A DNA stretch of 64,000 nucleotides from an uncultured Bacillales bacterium (GTDB lineage Bacteria > Bacillota_I > Bacilli_A > RF39 > UBA660): assembly GCA_946412015.1 (NCBI GenBank), contig CAMKGA010000002.1, positions 6,930-70,929 of the forward strand, written 5' to 3'. A program made the translations under genes and the position numbers. The notes under the pieces are model-generated. The model did not search any database. It saw nothing but the letters and a program-made list of their open reading frames with translations, and was not told the DNA's origin. This document shows positions 38,023 to 47,302 of this stretch, piece after piece (position 1 is the first letter of the stretch; the number at the start of each line of letters is the position of its first letter).

Positions 38023-38280
38023 AAAAAGAAACTGCCCCCTGAGCAGTTCCTATAAAAGAATAAAAAGGGGTTGGCTAGTGTGATACTAGCACCAATTCGT
38101 CTAATCCGAACTGGTGCTTTATATATTAATCGAAAAAGCTTATTTTGTCAATAGTTTTTAAAAAAAAAATGAAAAAATAGAATTATTATTGATTATATTT
38201 TGAAATATTATAATTCTTAATTTGATTAATCATAAAATATATGCTAGAATTACTACTTGGAATTGAACAAGGAGAGCTAA

Positions 38281-38577
38281 ATGGATAAAATAAATTTATT
38301 AATGTGTATAAATGATTATATAATAAAAGAAAAAATTGATATTAGAAATATTAACAATTTTGATATTATTTTTAATAAAATGAAATATGATTCTATGAGT
38401 ATTGATATGATGCTTTTTTATATATGGAATAGAGAAAAACATATAATAAAAACGTATCCAAAAAAAGACTGTCATAAAATAATAGAAAATATTAATAATG
38501 AACTATCACTTATAAATAATGATACAATGATAGAAGTAAAATTAATTAAAGTAAAAGCTATACTTAACTTAGTATAG
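38281..38577 (+). CDS. Hypothetical protein (98 aa)
   Basis: ORF with RBS AAGGAGAGCTAA-ATG. No motif recognised. Confidence 0.45.
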   Translation: MDKINLLMCINDYIIKEKIDIRNINNFDIIFNKMKYDSMSIDMMLFYIWNREKHIIKTYPKKDCHKIIENINNELSLINNDTMIEVKLIKVKAILNLV

Positions 38578-38578
38578 C

Positions 38579-39448
38579 TTATTTTATTTCATATAATTGT
38601 TTTTTTAATTTTTCTAAATTATCGTTTATTAAATTTATATAGTCATAATTATTATTTCTTTGTTCATCAGTTAATATTGATAATAAATTTAGTTTTATTG
38701 TTGTAACAGGAGTTTCAGCAATCAATGAATTTATTATGTCGTTTTCTTCATTTTCCTTAACATATATATAACTGATGCTATTACTATTAATAAGAGTTCT
38801 TGCTAAAACTAAGTTTTTTTCATACTCTTCATTATCAGAATCTAATGATATAACATTAGCACCATATTTTTTTAAGAATAAAAATATATCATCACTTACT
38901 ATTATATTTGTATTACTAGCATCTTTAAATACTTGTCTATATTTAGCTTCAATATTTGTTAAATCAATTTTTAATTCATCATAATTTTTATCTATTTCAT
39001 CCTCTAAGTATTTCGCACTTATATATTCGTGAAATCCTTTTTTTATATTATTTGCAATAGTTAATAAATTAGATGGATCAAGCCATAATTCTTCAACACC
39101 ATTTTTATAATTTATATCTGATGCTACATCAATAATTTTTAAATGCTTATTTTCCTTTAACATAGGTTTTACATAATCTTTTTCATTTGATAATCCATTA
39201 AATATAAACATATCAGTATTACTATACTCACTTAATAAAACATCAGTTACTTTATAGTCATATATATCCACACCATTTGGATAAATACTTTTTACTGTAC
39301 TATGGTTCTTATAAAGCCTATTTATTACATATTCAATAGGATATGTTGTTGTATAAATATTGACATCATCCATATTTGTATCTTGATTACAACCACAAGT
39401 TAAAAATAATATTAAAAAACACATTAACCCACTAATTATTCTTTTCAT
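38579..39448 (-). CDS. ZnuA/TroA-like (cluster A) substrate-binding lipoprotein, apparently lacking the canonical His ligands
   Basis: Signal peptide plus Cys (LILFLTCGC). Family-like blocks are [23 protein letters not shown] and NIIVSDDIF. The positions that are usually His (H.YEP, DPH.W) read IYDYK and EELW. Confidence 0.6.
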   Translation of the reverse strand: MKRIISGLMCFLILFLTCGCNQDTNMDDVNIYTTTYPIEYVINRLYKNHSTVKSIYPNGVDIYDYKVTDVLLSEYSNTDMFIFNGLSNEKDYVKPMLKENKHLKIIDVASDINYKNGVEELWLDPSNLLTIANNIKKGFHEYISAKYLEDEIDKNYDELKIDLTNIEAKYRQVFKDASNTNIIVSDDIFLFLKKYGANVISLDSDNEEYEKNLVLARTLINSNSISYIYVKENEENDIINSLIAETPVTTIKLNLLSILTDEQRNNNYDYINLINDNLEKLKKQLYEIK

Positions 39449-39665
39449 AGTACCTCTTTCTTTTTACTGGATCATATCCTTTTGTTCCAAATGGATTACA
39501 CCTTAATATTCTTTTTATCGCCATAAAACTACCTTTAACAGAACCATATTCATTAATTGCATCAATTGCATACTGTGAACAAGTAGGGTAGTGTCTACAG
39601 TAATTATGAAAATTTCCTGGAACCTTTTGATATAATCTAATTATCCATATTAATAATTTTTTCAT
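39432..39665 (-). CDS. yidD: Membrane protein insertion efficiency factor YidD
   Basis: [16 protein letters not shown]...G..M...RILRCNPF...GYDPV. This is the classic YidD signature. Confidence 0.92.
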   Translation of the reverse strand: MKKLLIWIIRLYQKVPGNFHNYCRHYPTCSQYAIDAINEYGSVKGSFMAIKRILRCNPFGTKGYDPVKRKRYYEKNN

Positions 39666-39751
39666 ATAAATAATTATACTAAAAATATAATAAAAAGTAA
39701 AATAGTATTTTATATTTTTATTAATTTTGATATAATGTTTTTGGTGATTTT

Positions 39752-40420
39752 ATGGATATACTTGATAAATTAAATATTCATTATGATAATATAGATATAT
39801 ATAATCAAGCATTTACTCATACATCATATGCAAATGAAATGAAATGTGAAAGCTATGAGAGATTAGAGTTTTTAGGTGATGCAATATTAGAACTTATTAT
39901 AAGTGAATATTTATATAAAAATACTTATTATGAAGAAGGTCGCATGACAAAACTTAGAAGTCATTATGTATGTGAAAATGCTTTATATGAATATTCAGTT
40001 AAATTAGGACTTAATGAATATATAAAATTAGGGAAAGGTCAGCAAGAACAAGATGGTAAACATTGTAAGGCAATAGTTGCGGATATATTTGAATCATTTA
40101 TTGCTGCTATTTATTTAGATTCAGGATTAAACGAAGTAAAAAAGTTTATATATAAATATGTTATACCAATAATAGAAAGTAATACTTTAGACTTTTTTAA
40201 TGATTACAAATCTAAATTACAAGAATTTGTTCAAACGGATAAAAAGAGTTTAGAATATATATTAGTAAATGAAATTGGTCCTGCACATAATAAAACATTT
40301 GAAATAGAAGTTAGAATTAATGGCATTTTATATGGCAAGGGTAGTGCTAAAAGTAAAAAAGAAGCAGAACAACTAGCTGCAAGAGATGCTTTAGAAAAAT
40401 CAGAAATAGTTGTTAAATAA
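39752..40420 (+). CDS. rnc: Ribonuclease III
   Basis: The signature ERLEFLGDAILELIISEYLY, catalytic ADIFESFIAAIYLD, and the C-terminal dsRBD (DYKSKLQEF...GPAHNKTF...GSAKSKKEAEQLAARDAL). Confidence 0.95.
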   Translation: MDILDKLNIHYDNIDIYNQAFTHTSYANEMKCESYERLEFLGDAILELIISEYLYKNTYYEEGRMTKLRSHYVCENALYEYSVKLGLNEYIKLGKGQQEQDGKHCKAIVADIFESFIAAIYLDSGLNEVKKFIYKYVIPIIESNTLDFFNDYKSKLQEFVQTDKKSLEYILVNEIGPAHNKTFEIEVRINGILYGKGSAKSKKEAEQLAARDALEKSEIVVK

Positions 40421-40462
40421 TTATTGATATGATAAAATACTTAGAAAAGAAAGGAAGATTTT

Positions 40463-41176
40463 ATGGGAAGATTTCCAAATATAGCAGCTGCAAAAGCTAA
40501 AACAGGAGCAGCAAAAGGTAAATTATATGGTATGTATGCAAAAGAAATATATCAAACAGCAAAGAATGGAGGAGTTACACCTGAGGGTAATCCTGCACTT
40601 AAAAGACTTATTGAAAAGGCAAAAAAAGAACAAGTACCTAATGATGTAATTAAAAGAGCAATAGATAAAGTAAGTAGTGGTGCAGATGAATCATATGAAG
40701 AAGCTAGATATGAATTATTTGGTCCAGCAGGTTCAACACTTATAGTAGATTGTTTAACAGATAATGTAAATCGTACAGTTAGTGATATTAGAACTGTTGT
40801 TAATAAATGTCATGTTAAATTAGGTGCTATGAATAGTGTTAGTTATATGTATGACAATTTATGTATAGTTGGATTTAAAGGAATAACAGAAGAAGAAGCA
40901 ATGGATGCATTAATTAATAATGGTGTAGATATTGTAGATATGGAAGATGATAATGGTACTATTATGATTTATGGTAATCCTACAGATTTAAATAGTATTA
41001 AAGAAGCGATACTTTCATTTAAAGAAGTACAATTTGATATTGATGAGATTGCTATGCTTCCAAAAGATAAAATTAAATTATCAGGTGATGATTTAGAAGT
41101 ATTTAATAAACTAATTACTATGCTTGATGAAGTAGATGATGTAAATCATGTATATCATAATGTAGAATTAGATTAA
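40463..41176 (+). CDS. YebC/PmpR-family DNA-binding transcriptional regulator
   Basis: LIEKAKKEQVPNDVIKRAIDK, YELFGPAGSTLIVDCLTDNVNRTVSDIR and VSYMYD are collinear with YebC/YeeN proteins. Confidence 0.9.
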   Translation: MGRFPNIAAAKAKTGAAKGKLYGMYAKEIYQTAKNGGVTPEGNPALKRLIEKAKKEQVPNDVIKRAIDKVSSGADESYEEARYELFGPAGSTLIVDCLTDNVNRTVSDIRTVVNKCHVKLGAMNSVSYMYDNLCIVGFKGITEEEAMDALINNGVDIVDMEDDNGTIMIYGNPTDLNSIKEAILSFKEVQFDIDEIAMLPKDKIKLSGDDLEVFNKLITMLDEVDDVNHVYHNVELD

Positions 41177-41196
41177 AAAATATTGTGGGGGGATTT

Positions 41197-41814
41197 ATGA
41201 AAATAAGAGAAGTGTCTACTATAGAGATTATTTATAACAATGGTAATACACAAATTGGTTATAAAGATAATATTCAATATATGATTTTAGATAGAAGTGA
41301 ATTATCATCAATTAAAGATTTTGATTTAAATAAATATCAAAGATTAACTAAAATAGAAGCTAATAGATATAATATTAATGTTAGTATAGGAGATTATGCA
41401 TATATAATATCTAGAAATTATAATTTAATTATTAATCAAGAATGTATTGATTTAGACTTAATAGATATGAATATTAATCATCATAATGCAGATAGATGTA
41501 ATATAACAGCTAGTTTTAATGAAAAAGATAAAATAATTAGTAAGGATATTATAGTTGATAGATGTGAGACAAGTTTTGATAATAAAGTTTATTTAGCTCA
41601 TAATATTAATAACCAAGATTTAGAAAGATTAGATAGTCATGCTAAAAATATTGCATCTTTAATTATTAATAATAGAAAATATGATTTTAGTAATACAATT
41701 ATAGGTGATTACAAATATTATTATAATATGGCTATGGAAGAATTAATTAATAGTATGAGTGCTTATAAGTGTTATTTAGATAATAAAGCATATGAAAGAA
41801 TAAAAAAGAAATAG
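41197..41814 (+). CDS. Hypothetical protein (205 aa)
   Basis: ATG 41197 follows GGGGGGA. Asn/Ile-rich. No motif recognised. Confidence 0.5.
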   Translation: MKIREVSTIEIIYNNGNTQIGYKDNIQYMILDRSELSSIKDFDLNKYQRLTKIEANRYNINVSIGDYAYIISRNYNLIINQECIDLDLIDMNINHHNADRCNITASFNEKDKIISKDIIVDRCETSFDNKVYLAHNINNQDLERLDSHAKNIASLIINNRKYDFSNTIIGDYKYYYNMAMEELINSMSAYKCYLDNKAYERIKKK

Positions 41815-41910
41815 AAATTAGGCAAGTTTTAAAACAAAAATTAAATCCTATCTTTTTAGGAAGTTGTCTACTATAAGTAAGAATAAAATAATAGTATTCT
41901 TACTTTTTTC

Positions 41911-41961
41911 TTGCAATTTTATAAATTATATAATATAATCTTAATGCAACAAATTTGCATT
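41911..41961 (+). promoter_or_regulatory. Promoter plus inverted-repeat candidate operator of the permease/Fur-family operon
   Basis: TTGCAA (41911-41916), 17-nt spacer, TATAAT (41934-41939), then AATGCAA-N5-TTGCATT (41943-41961) between the -10 and the RBS. Confidence 0.55.
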
Positions 41962-41972
41962 TAGGAGGAATT

Positions 41973-42815
41973 ATGTTAGATATAATTATAGATACATTAA
42001 TAGATGGATTAAAATTAATACCGTTTTTATTCATTGCATTTTTAATAATAGAGCTTTTAGAACATAAGCTAAGTAAAAAAAATAGAAAGTTAATATCTAA
42101 GACAGGAAAATTAGGACCAATATTTGGAAGTATTTTAGGAGCATTCCCACAGTGTGGTTTTTCTTGTCTTGCTACTAATTTATATGTTACAAGAATAGTT
42201 AGTTTAGGAACACTTATTTCTATATATTTATCAACTAGTGATGAAATGTTACCAGTATTATTATCACAAAAGGCACCTGTTAAAGTTATATTATCAGCAC
42301 TTATTATAAAAGTTATAATAGGTATGATATCTGGTATTATTATTGATTTTATATTACGTAAGAAAGAGAAAAATATAGAAATAGATAATGAAATATGCCA
42401 TGAAGAAAATTGTCATTGTAAAGATCATTTGTTAGTATCGGTATTAAAACATACATTAAGTATTACACTATTTATAATGCTTATTTCATTTATTTTAAAT
42501 ATATTAATAGAGTATACTGGCATATTTGATGAAAATAATATAATAGCTAATAATCCATTTACAGTATTTATAACAAGCTTAATAGGTCTTGTACCTAATT
42601 GTGCATCAAGTGTAATGATTACTACTTTATATGCAAAGGGTGTAATTGAATTTTCAGCACTCATATCAGGACTACTTACAGGTAGTGGAGTTGCAATTAT
42701 AATATTATTTAAATCTAATAAAAATATAAAAGAAAATATAATTATTTTATCTTTAGTATATTTTATAGGAGTGGTAAGTGGATTAATAATTCAGCTACTT
42801 GGAGTTCATATATGA
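41973..42815 (+). CDS. Polytopic membrane permease (resembles the 'putative 10-TM heavy-metal exporter'/ArsP_2-type family)
   Basis: About 8-10 TM segments, FPQCGFS and VPNCASS motifs, and a central Cys/His loop (ICHEENCHCKDH). ATG 41973 follows AGGAGG. The family name is from memory only. Confidence 0.5.
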   Translation: MLDIIIDTLIDGLKLIPFLFIAFLIIELLEHKLSKKNRKLISKTGKLGPIFGSILGAFPQCGFSCLATNLYVTRIVSLGTLISIYLSTSDEMLPVLLSQKAPVKVILSALIIKVIIGMISGIIIDFILRKKEKNIEIDNEICHEENCHCKDHLLVSVLKHTLSITLFIMLISFILNILIEYTGIFDENNIIANNPFTVFITSLIGLVPNCASSVMITTLYAKGVIEFSALISGLLTGSGVAIIILFKSNKNIKENIIILSLVYFIGVVSGLIIQLLGVHI

Positions 42816-43189
42816 TAGACAAAATGTTTAAAAATAGTAATTTAAAAATTACTAAACAGAGAAAAGAGATAATAGATATTATATTAGAATTAAAGAATAG
42901 TGCGACTATATCTAATATAATAAAAAAAGCAAGCATGAATAAATCAACTGTATATAGAATAATAGATATACTAGTTAAAAATAATATATTAGTAAAACAA
43001 ATTAACTACGATAATAATGATTATTATGTCATTAATGAATATCATAAGCATTATATAAAATGTATTAAGTGTAATAAAATAAAAGAGTTAGATAATTGTC
43101 CATTTGATAGTATCAATATATCAGGATTTGAAGTTATAAATCATAGTTTAAAAATAGAAGGAATTTGTGAAGAATGTAAAGAAAGTTAA
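42812..43189 (+). CDS. Fur-family metalloregulator (Fur/Zur/PerR type)
   Basis: LKITKQRKEIIDIIL winged-helix start, H..H block (HKHY) and two CxxC pairs (CIKCNK and CEEC). ATGA overlap with the permease gene. Confidence 0.8.
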   Translation: MIDKMFKNSNLKITKQRKEIIDIILELKNSATISNIIKKASMNKSTVYRIIDILVKNNILVKQINYDNNDYYVINEYHKHYIKCIKCNKIKELDNCPFDSINISGFEVINHSLKIEGICEECKES

Positions 43190-43240
43190 AATTGCTTTCT
43201 TTTTTAGTATTCTTTTGGTATACTTATTTAGGGTGGTAAT

Positions 43241-44959
43241 ATGTTTTTACTAGCAACTGATTTTGATAGAACATTTTATACAAATAATACTGATTTAAAA
43301 AGGAATATAGATAATTTACCAAAATTTAGAGAAAGAAATAAGTTTGTAATTATTACAGGAAGATCATATGGGGATTTTATTAATTTAACTAAAAATTCTA
43401 TAAAAACAGATTATTTAATTGTAAATCATGGCGCAACTATTTTAAAAGATGATGAAATAATAAATAGTATTTATATTGATGAATTAACTAAGAAAAAACT
43501 TATGGAATTATTTGATTTTAATAAAGTAACTTATTTTGCATCTCACGATAAAGATAGTAGAGTAGATATTAATACTTTAGATTTATCTAAAATAAATATA
43601 CAATTATCTGATAATTTGGTTGCTAAAAAAGCAGCAGATTACATTAATGAAAATTTTAGTGATATTGAGGCATATATATCTATGCGTCATAAAAATCATA
43701 TTGAAATAGTAAATAAAAAAGCGAATAAAGCCAATGCAATTAGATATGTAAGTAATTTAGAAAAGATAAATAAGCATTTAATATATACAGTTGGTGATGG
43801 TTATACTGATATAGAGATGATTAAACAGTTTAATGGTTATGCAATTAGTGATGCAGTTGATGAATTAAAAGAATATGCAATTGATACTATATCAAGTGTT
43901 AGTGATATGATGGAATACTTAAATGTTGATGTTAATTTAGAAGATACAGACTTAGAAATTACTGATTTTGTAAATGAGTGTTATGATAAAGATGATTATT
44001 TTAAAAAGTATATGGGTAAAATTTATAATAAAAAAGAGGGTAAACATTTAACTATAAGGAAGAATAGTGAACTTATAGCTTGTGCATTACTTTTATCTAA
44101 TAATATTTATATTGATAATGATGTTTTAGATATTTTAACTATTGGAAGCATTTGTGTAGATAAAAAATATCGCAAACAAGGTTACTTTAAAATGTTAATG
44201 GGATTAATAAAAAAATATGAAGAGAAATATGATATAGGAGTGCTTTCAGGTAATATTGAAAAATATAAAAAATATGACTATTATCCTAATATTTTAAACT
44301 TATATAAATTTGGTTCATTAGATAATAATATTACATTTAAAAAAATGGATGATACATATTTAGATGAGATATTAGAAATGTATAATAGTAAAATTCATTT
44401 AAATAGAAATAGAAATAACTTTTTAGATATTGCTAATCAGTGGAAGACAGATGCATATTATATATTTAATAATAATATATTTGATGGCTATTTATTTTAT
44501 AATACGAAAAGAGATTTTATAAATGAAATAAGATGTAGTGATATAAATAGTACAGCTTCATCATTTGCTAAATTGAAAAATAGAGATTACATAAATTTGA
44601 AAGTATTTAAAAGTGATTATGAAACTATAAAAAAATTAGATGGTATTTCTAATTCTAAAATGTATAATAGACAGTTATATTCAATACATAATTTTAAGAA
44701 AGTAATAAGTGTATATTTAAATTATAAAAATAAATATAGTGATTTAAAAAAAGGTGAATTATCTATAAAAATAGATGATGAAATAATTAAAATAAGTGTT
44801 TTAGATAGAGTAGATGTTACTGATAATAATACATATGATATGGAACTTACAAAAGAACAAGCGATGAATATTTTGTTAAATAAAAAGATGTCTTTAAATG
44901 AACTGCTTTCTTCATGGTTTTATTTAGATATTGATATTTATAATAATGATTTAGTATAA
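43241..44959 (+). CDS. Fusion protein: Cof-type HAD phosphatase (N-terminal) plus GNAT acetyltransferase with an Eis-like C-terminal extension
   Basis: HAD motif I LATDFDRT (DxDxT) and motif IV VGDGYTDIEM. GNAT motif A: IGSICVDKKYRKQGYFKMLM. Confidence 0.7.
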   Translation: MFLLATDFDRTFYTNNTDLKRNIDNLPKFRERNKFVIITGRSYGDFINLTKNSIKTDYLIVNHGATILKDDEIINSIYIDELTKKKLMELFDFNKVTYFASHDKDSRVDINTLDLSKINIQLSDNLVAKKAADYINENFSDIEAYISMRHKNHIEIVNKKANKANAIRYVSNLEKINKHLIYTVGDGYTDIEMIKQFNGYAISDAVDELKEYAIDTISSVSDMMEYLNVDVNLEDTDLEITDFVNECYDKDDYFKKYMGKIYNKKEGKHLTIRKNSELIACALLLSNNIYIDNDVLDILTIGSICVDKKYRKQGYFKMLMGLIKKYEEKYDIGVLSGNIEKYKKYDYYPNILNLYKFGSLDNNITFKKMDDTYLDEILEMYNSKIHLNRNRNNFLDIANQWKTDAYYIFNNNIFDGYLFYNTKRDFINEIRCSDINSTASSFAKLKNRDYINLKVFKSDYETIKKLDGISNSKMYNRQLYSIHNFKKVISVYLNYKNKYSDLKKGELSIKIDDEIIKISVLDRVDVTDNNTYDMELTKEQAMNILLNKKMSLNELLSSWFYLDIDIYNNDLV

Positions 44960-44979
44960 AAAAATAATCCGAGAGTGGA

Positions 44980-45813
44980 TTATTTTTTTCTTAGTCTAAA
45001 AAAGTTAAATGATGGTTTATTTAATAATCTGAAATTAACCTCATCATTACCAAGACCGTTAGATATATATACTTTTGTGTTTTTCTTTTTATAATAATTT
45101 TTACCATATAAATAATTATCTTCAGGAAGTATTATTCCGCCTAAAAGAGGTATTCTAACAACTCCACCTTTAGTATGACCTGCCAAAATCAAATTAAACT
45201 TATCATAATCAATTTTATCTATATTATTTGGTTCATGCATAATTAAAATGCTATAGTTACTATTATTATTTAAATATTCATAAGTATCTTTTAATTTATC
45301 TTCTATATTTGTTTTATCTTTTTTAGTACTTATTCCAGAAATTAAGATAGGTTCTTTATCTTTATATATTAATTCATATTTATTATCTAAACTATTAAAG
45401 CCACTTTTATTTAGTATATCATTAACAGTATCATCATTATAATCATTATCTCCAGTTATATAGTATTTTCCAAGCTCAGTATTTATTTTAGAAAGTATAT
45501 TAGCAACATCTGTAGAATCTTTATTATCCTTATACATTAAATCACCAGTAAAAAATACAATATCAGGTTTTATTAAATTAATATTTTTAACAATTCTTTT
45601 AAGTTCATCTTTATTTACAGTATTACCATAATATATATCACTAATTTGTACAATCTTTAATCCATTATATTTATCGGATATATTTTCATATAAAGCTATT
45701 TCATTAACTTTAAATCCATGGCTATTAATAAAAAATCCATCCAGTATAATAAGTGTAGTTATAACAACTAATGCAATTACTATTTTAACCCATAATCTTA
45801 ATTTCTTTTTCAT
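44980..45813 (-). CDS. Membrane-anchored metallophosphoesterase
   Basis: N-terminal TM segment, then VQISDIY, FTGDL, ITGDNDY, LIMHEP, AGHTKGG (calcineurin-like motifs). Confidence 0.85.
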   Translation of the reverse strand: MKKKLRLWVKIVIALVVITTLIILDGFFINSHGFKVNEIALYENISDKYNGLKIVQISDIYYGNTVNKDELKRIVKNINLIKPDIVFFTGDLMYKDNKDSTDVANILSKINTELGKYYITGDNDYNDDTVNDILNKSGFNSLDNKYELIYKDKEPILISGISTKKDKTNIEDKLKDTYEYLNNNSNYSILIMHEPNNIDKIDYDKFNLILAGHTKGGVVRIPLLGGIILPEDNYLYGKNYYKKKNTKVYISNGLGNDEVNFRLLNKPSFNFFRLRKK

Positions 45814-45908
45814 ATCCTCACCATATAAATTTTAGCACGAATTAATATAAAAAACAATTTAAAAAAAAGATAATAAAATAATTATCTTACATGTATTAAT
45901 TATAATAT

Positions 45909-46334
45909 TTAAATCTTTTTCCATTTTGCATATAATTTAACATCTTTATATCCTATTATACAATTGTTTTTATCTTTTTTTGTAGTAATAGTTATTTCAT
46001 TAGTTTTATTCGCAACCACTTTATTTTTTAAATCTTTATCATAGTACCATCCATCAAAATCATATCCTTCATTTTTTGGTATTGGAATCTCAGGATAACT
46101 ATCAGGTGAACATGCAATACATACATTTATTAAATCTATTTTATCATTACTATTAGTTTCAAAAATTAAATTATAACTTCCTCCAGTAAATGGAATACAT
46201 TTTTTATTCTCTTCTTTATTATTAATATTTATTTTCTTACTACTTTTAGTGTTTATAAGTATTAAAATAACTGTAACAAAAGTGATTAAAATAATACTTG
46301 ATATAATAACTATCATTTTCTTTTTATTATTCAT
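45909..46334 (-). CDS. Small membrane-anchored protein with one Listeria-Bacteroides-type (Flg_new) repeat
   Basis: N-terminal TM segment. The C-terminal GYDFDGWYYDKDLKNKV....VKLYAKW is the typical repeat signature. Confidence 0.65.
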   Translation of the reverse strand: MNNKKKMIVIISSIILITFVTVILILINTKSSKKININNKEENKKCIPFTGGSYNLIFETNSNDKIDLINVCIACSPDSYPEIPIPKNEGYDFDGWYYDKDLKNKVVANKTNEITITTKKDKNNCIIGYKDVKLYAKWKKI

Positions 46335-46452
46335 CTTACCACCTACAAAAATAGTATCATAAAAAAAATATATTTACAATTATATTAATGAATAAATGTT
46401 ACAATAACTTATTTCTTTGTATAGAAATAATTCATATTATTTGTAACACTCT

Positions 46453-46479
46453 ACTAGTATAAATACATACTAGTTTTTT
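46453..46479 (+). terminator. Orphan plus-strand terminator in the 45909/46535 intergenic region
   Basis: Stem ACTAGTAT/ATACTAGT (8 bp), 6-nt loop, T6. No plus-strand CDS lies upstream of it. Confidence 0.55.
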
Positions 46480-46481
46480 AC

Positions 46482-46510
46482 TTGAAAAAAATAACTATTT
46501 AATATATAAT
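46482..46510 (+). promoter_or_regulatory. Promoter of the third pilin-like gene
   Basis: TTGAAA (46482-46487), 17-nt spacer, TATAAT (46505-46510). Confidence 0.65.
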
Positions 46511-46534
46511 TAGTATGTAAATATAGGTGATAAT

Positions 46535-47266
46535 GTGAAATTGAATAATCGTGGATTTGCTATTTCTACTATGATGTATATGATTTTAATATTAGCTATT
46601 ACATTAACTGCTACTTTTTTAATCATATTAAATGGTAGAAGTAAAGTACTAAATAATTTAAGGAATAAAGTACAAAATGAAATAAATGATAAAGGAAATG
46701 TTAATGATTATATTTGTATTGGTAATAATAACGGAAATAATCAAGTAGGAGATAAGTATACTTGTACTGTATCTAATACGGAAGAATATGATTTTTATGT
46801 TATTAGTAGTGATTCTGCAAGTGTTAATTTAGTAATGTCAGAAGCACTTACTTTTAGTAAAGGAAATTATGGTGCTGCTGATGATGTAAAAACAGAATCT
46901 AAAGTTGCGTATATTACTGATACAGATTATAGTGTATCTAATGTATATAAGCCTATTACTGCTCTTAAGGTGCTAAAAAGAATTACTGATAACTGGTTTT
47001 ATTTGGATGATAGAACTGACACTGTAAATGATATAGATTATACAGGATATAAAGCAAGATTAATTGCTTTATCTGATATAAATAATTTTGTATCTGAAGA
47101 TAAACTAACAATAGATTTTATTTCTGATACATTAACTAGTACAATTTCTAGTGATAATAATATATATAGTATTAGTGATAATACACTAATAGATGATAAG
47201 GATGTTACTGATGAATACAAAGTTGTACCGATTATTACTGTTGGTGTTGATAAAATTAAAAATTAA
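46535..47266 (+). CDS. Pseudopilin-like protein (degenerate prepilin signal, no Glu+5) sharing the C-terminal module of the two other pilin-like paralogues
   Basis: MKLNNRG/FAISTMMYMILILAITL. DFYVISSDSASVNLVMSEAL parallels DYYVIKDS...VTLLKAEPL, and the C-terminal VVPIITV parallels IRPVITL. Confidence 0.6.
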   Translation: MKLNNRGFAISTMMYMILILAITLTATFLIILNGRSKVLNNLRNKVQNEINDKGNVNDYICIGNNNGNNQVGDKYTCTVSNTEEYDFYVISSDSASVNLVMSEALTFSKGNYGAADDVKTESKVAYITDTDYSVSNVYKPITALKVLKRITDNWFYLDDRTDTVNDIDYTGYKARLIALSDINNFVSEDKLTIDFISDTLTSTISSDNNIYSISDNTLIDDKDVTDEYKVVPIITVGVDKIKN

Positions 47267-47302
47267 AAATTAGCTGTCAAAATTAAAAATTAAAAATTAG
47301 CT
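47252..47302 (+). repeat. Two direct copies of the 24-nt unit AAAATTAAAAATTAAAAATTAGCT (27-bp period)
   Basis: Copies at 47252-47275 and 47279-47302. The first contains the stop codon of the pilin-like gene, and the second abuts the -35 of the T-box promoter. Confidence 0.85.

Noticed and set aside
39698-39712. The 7-1-7 palindrome TAAAATA-G-TATTTTA as a Zur/Fur box for the ZnuA-like gene.
   Set aside because: It does not match the Fur, Zur or PerR half-site sequences, and A/T-only palindromes of this size are expected by chance in these intergenic regions. It is mentioned only as context in a finding.
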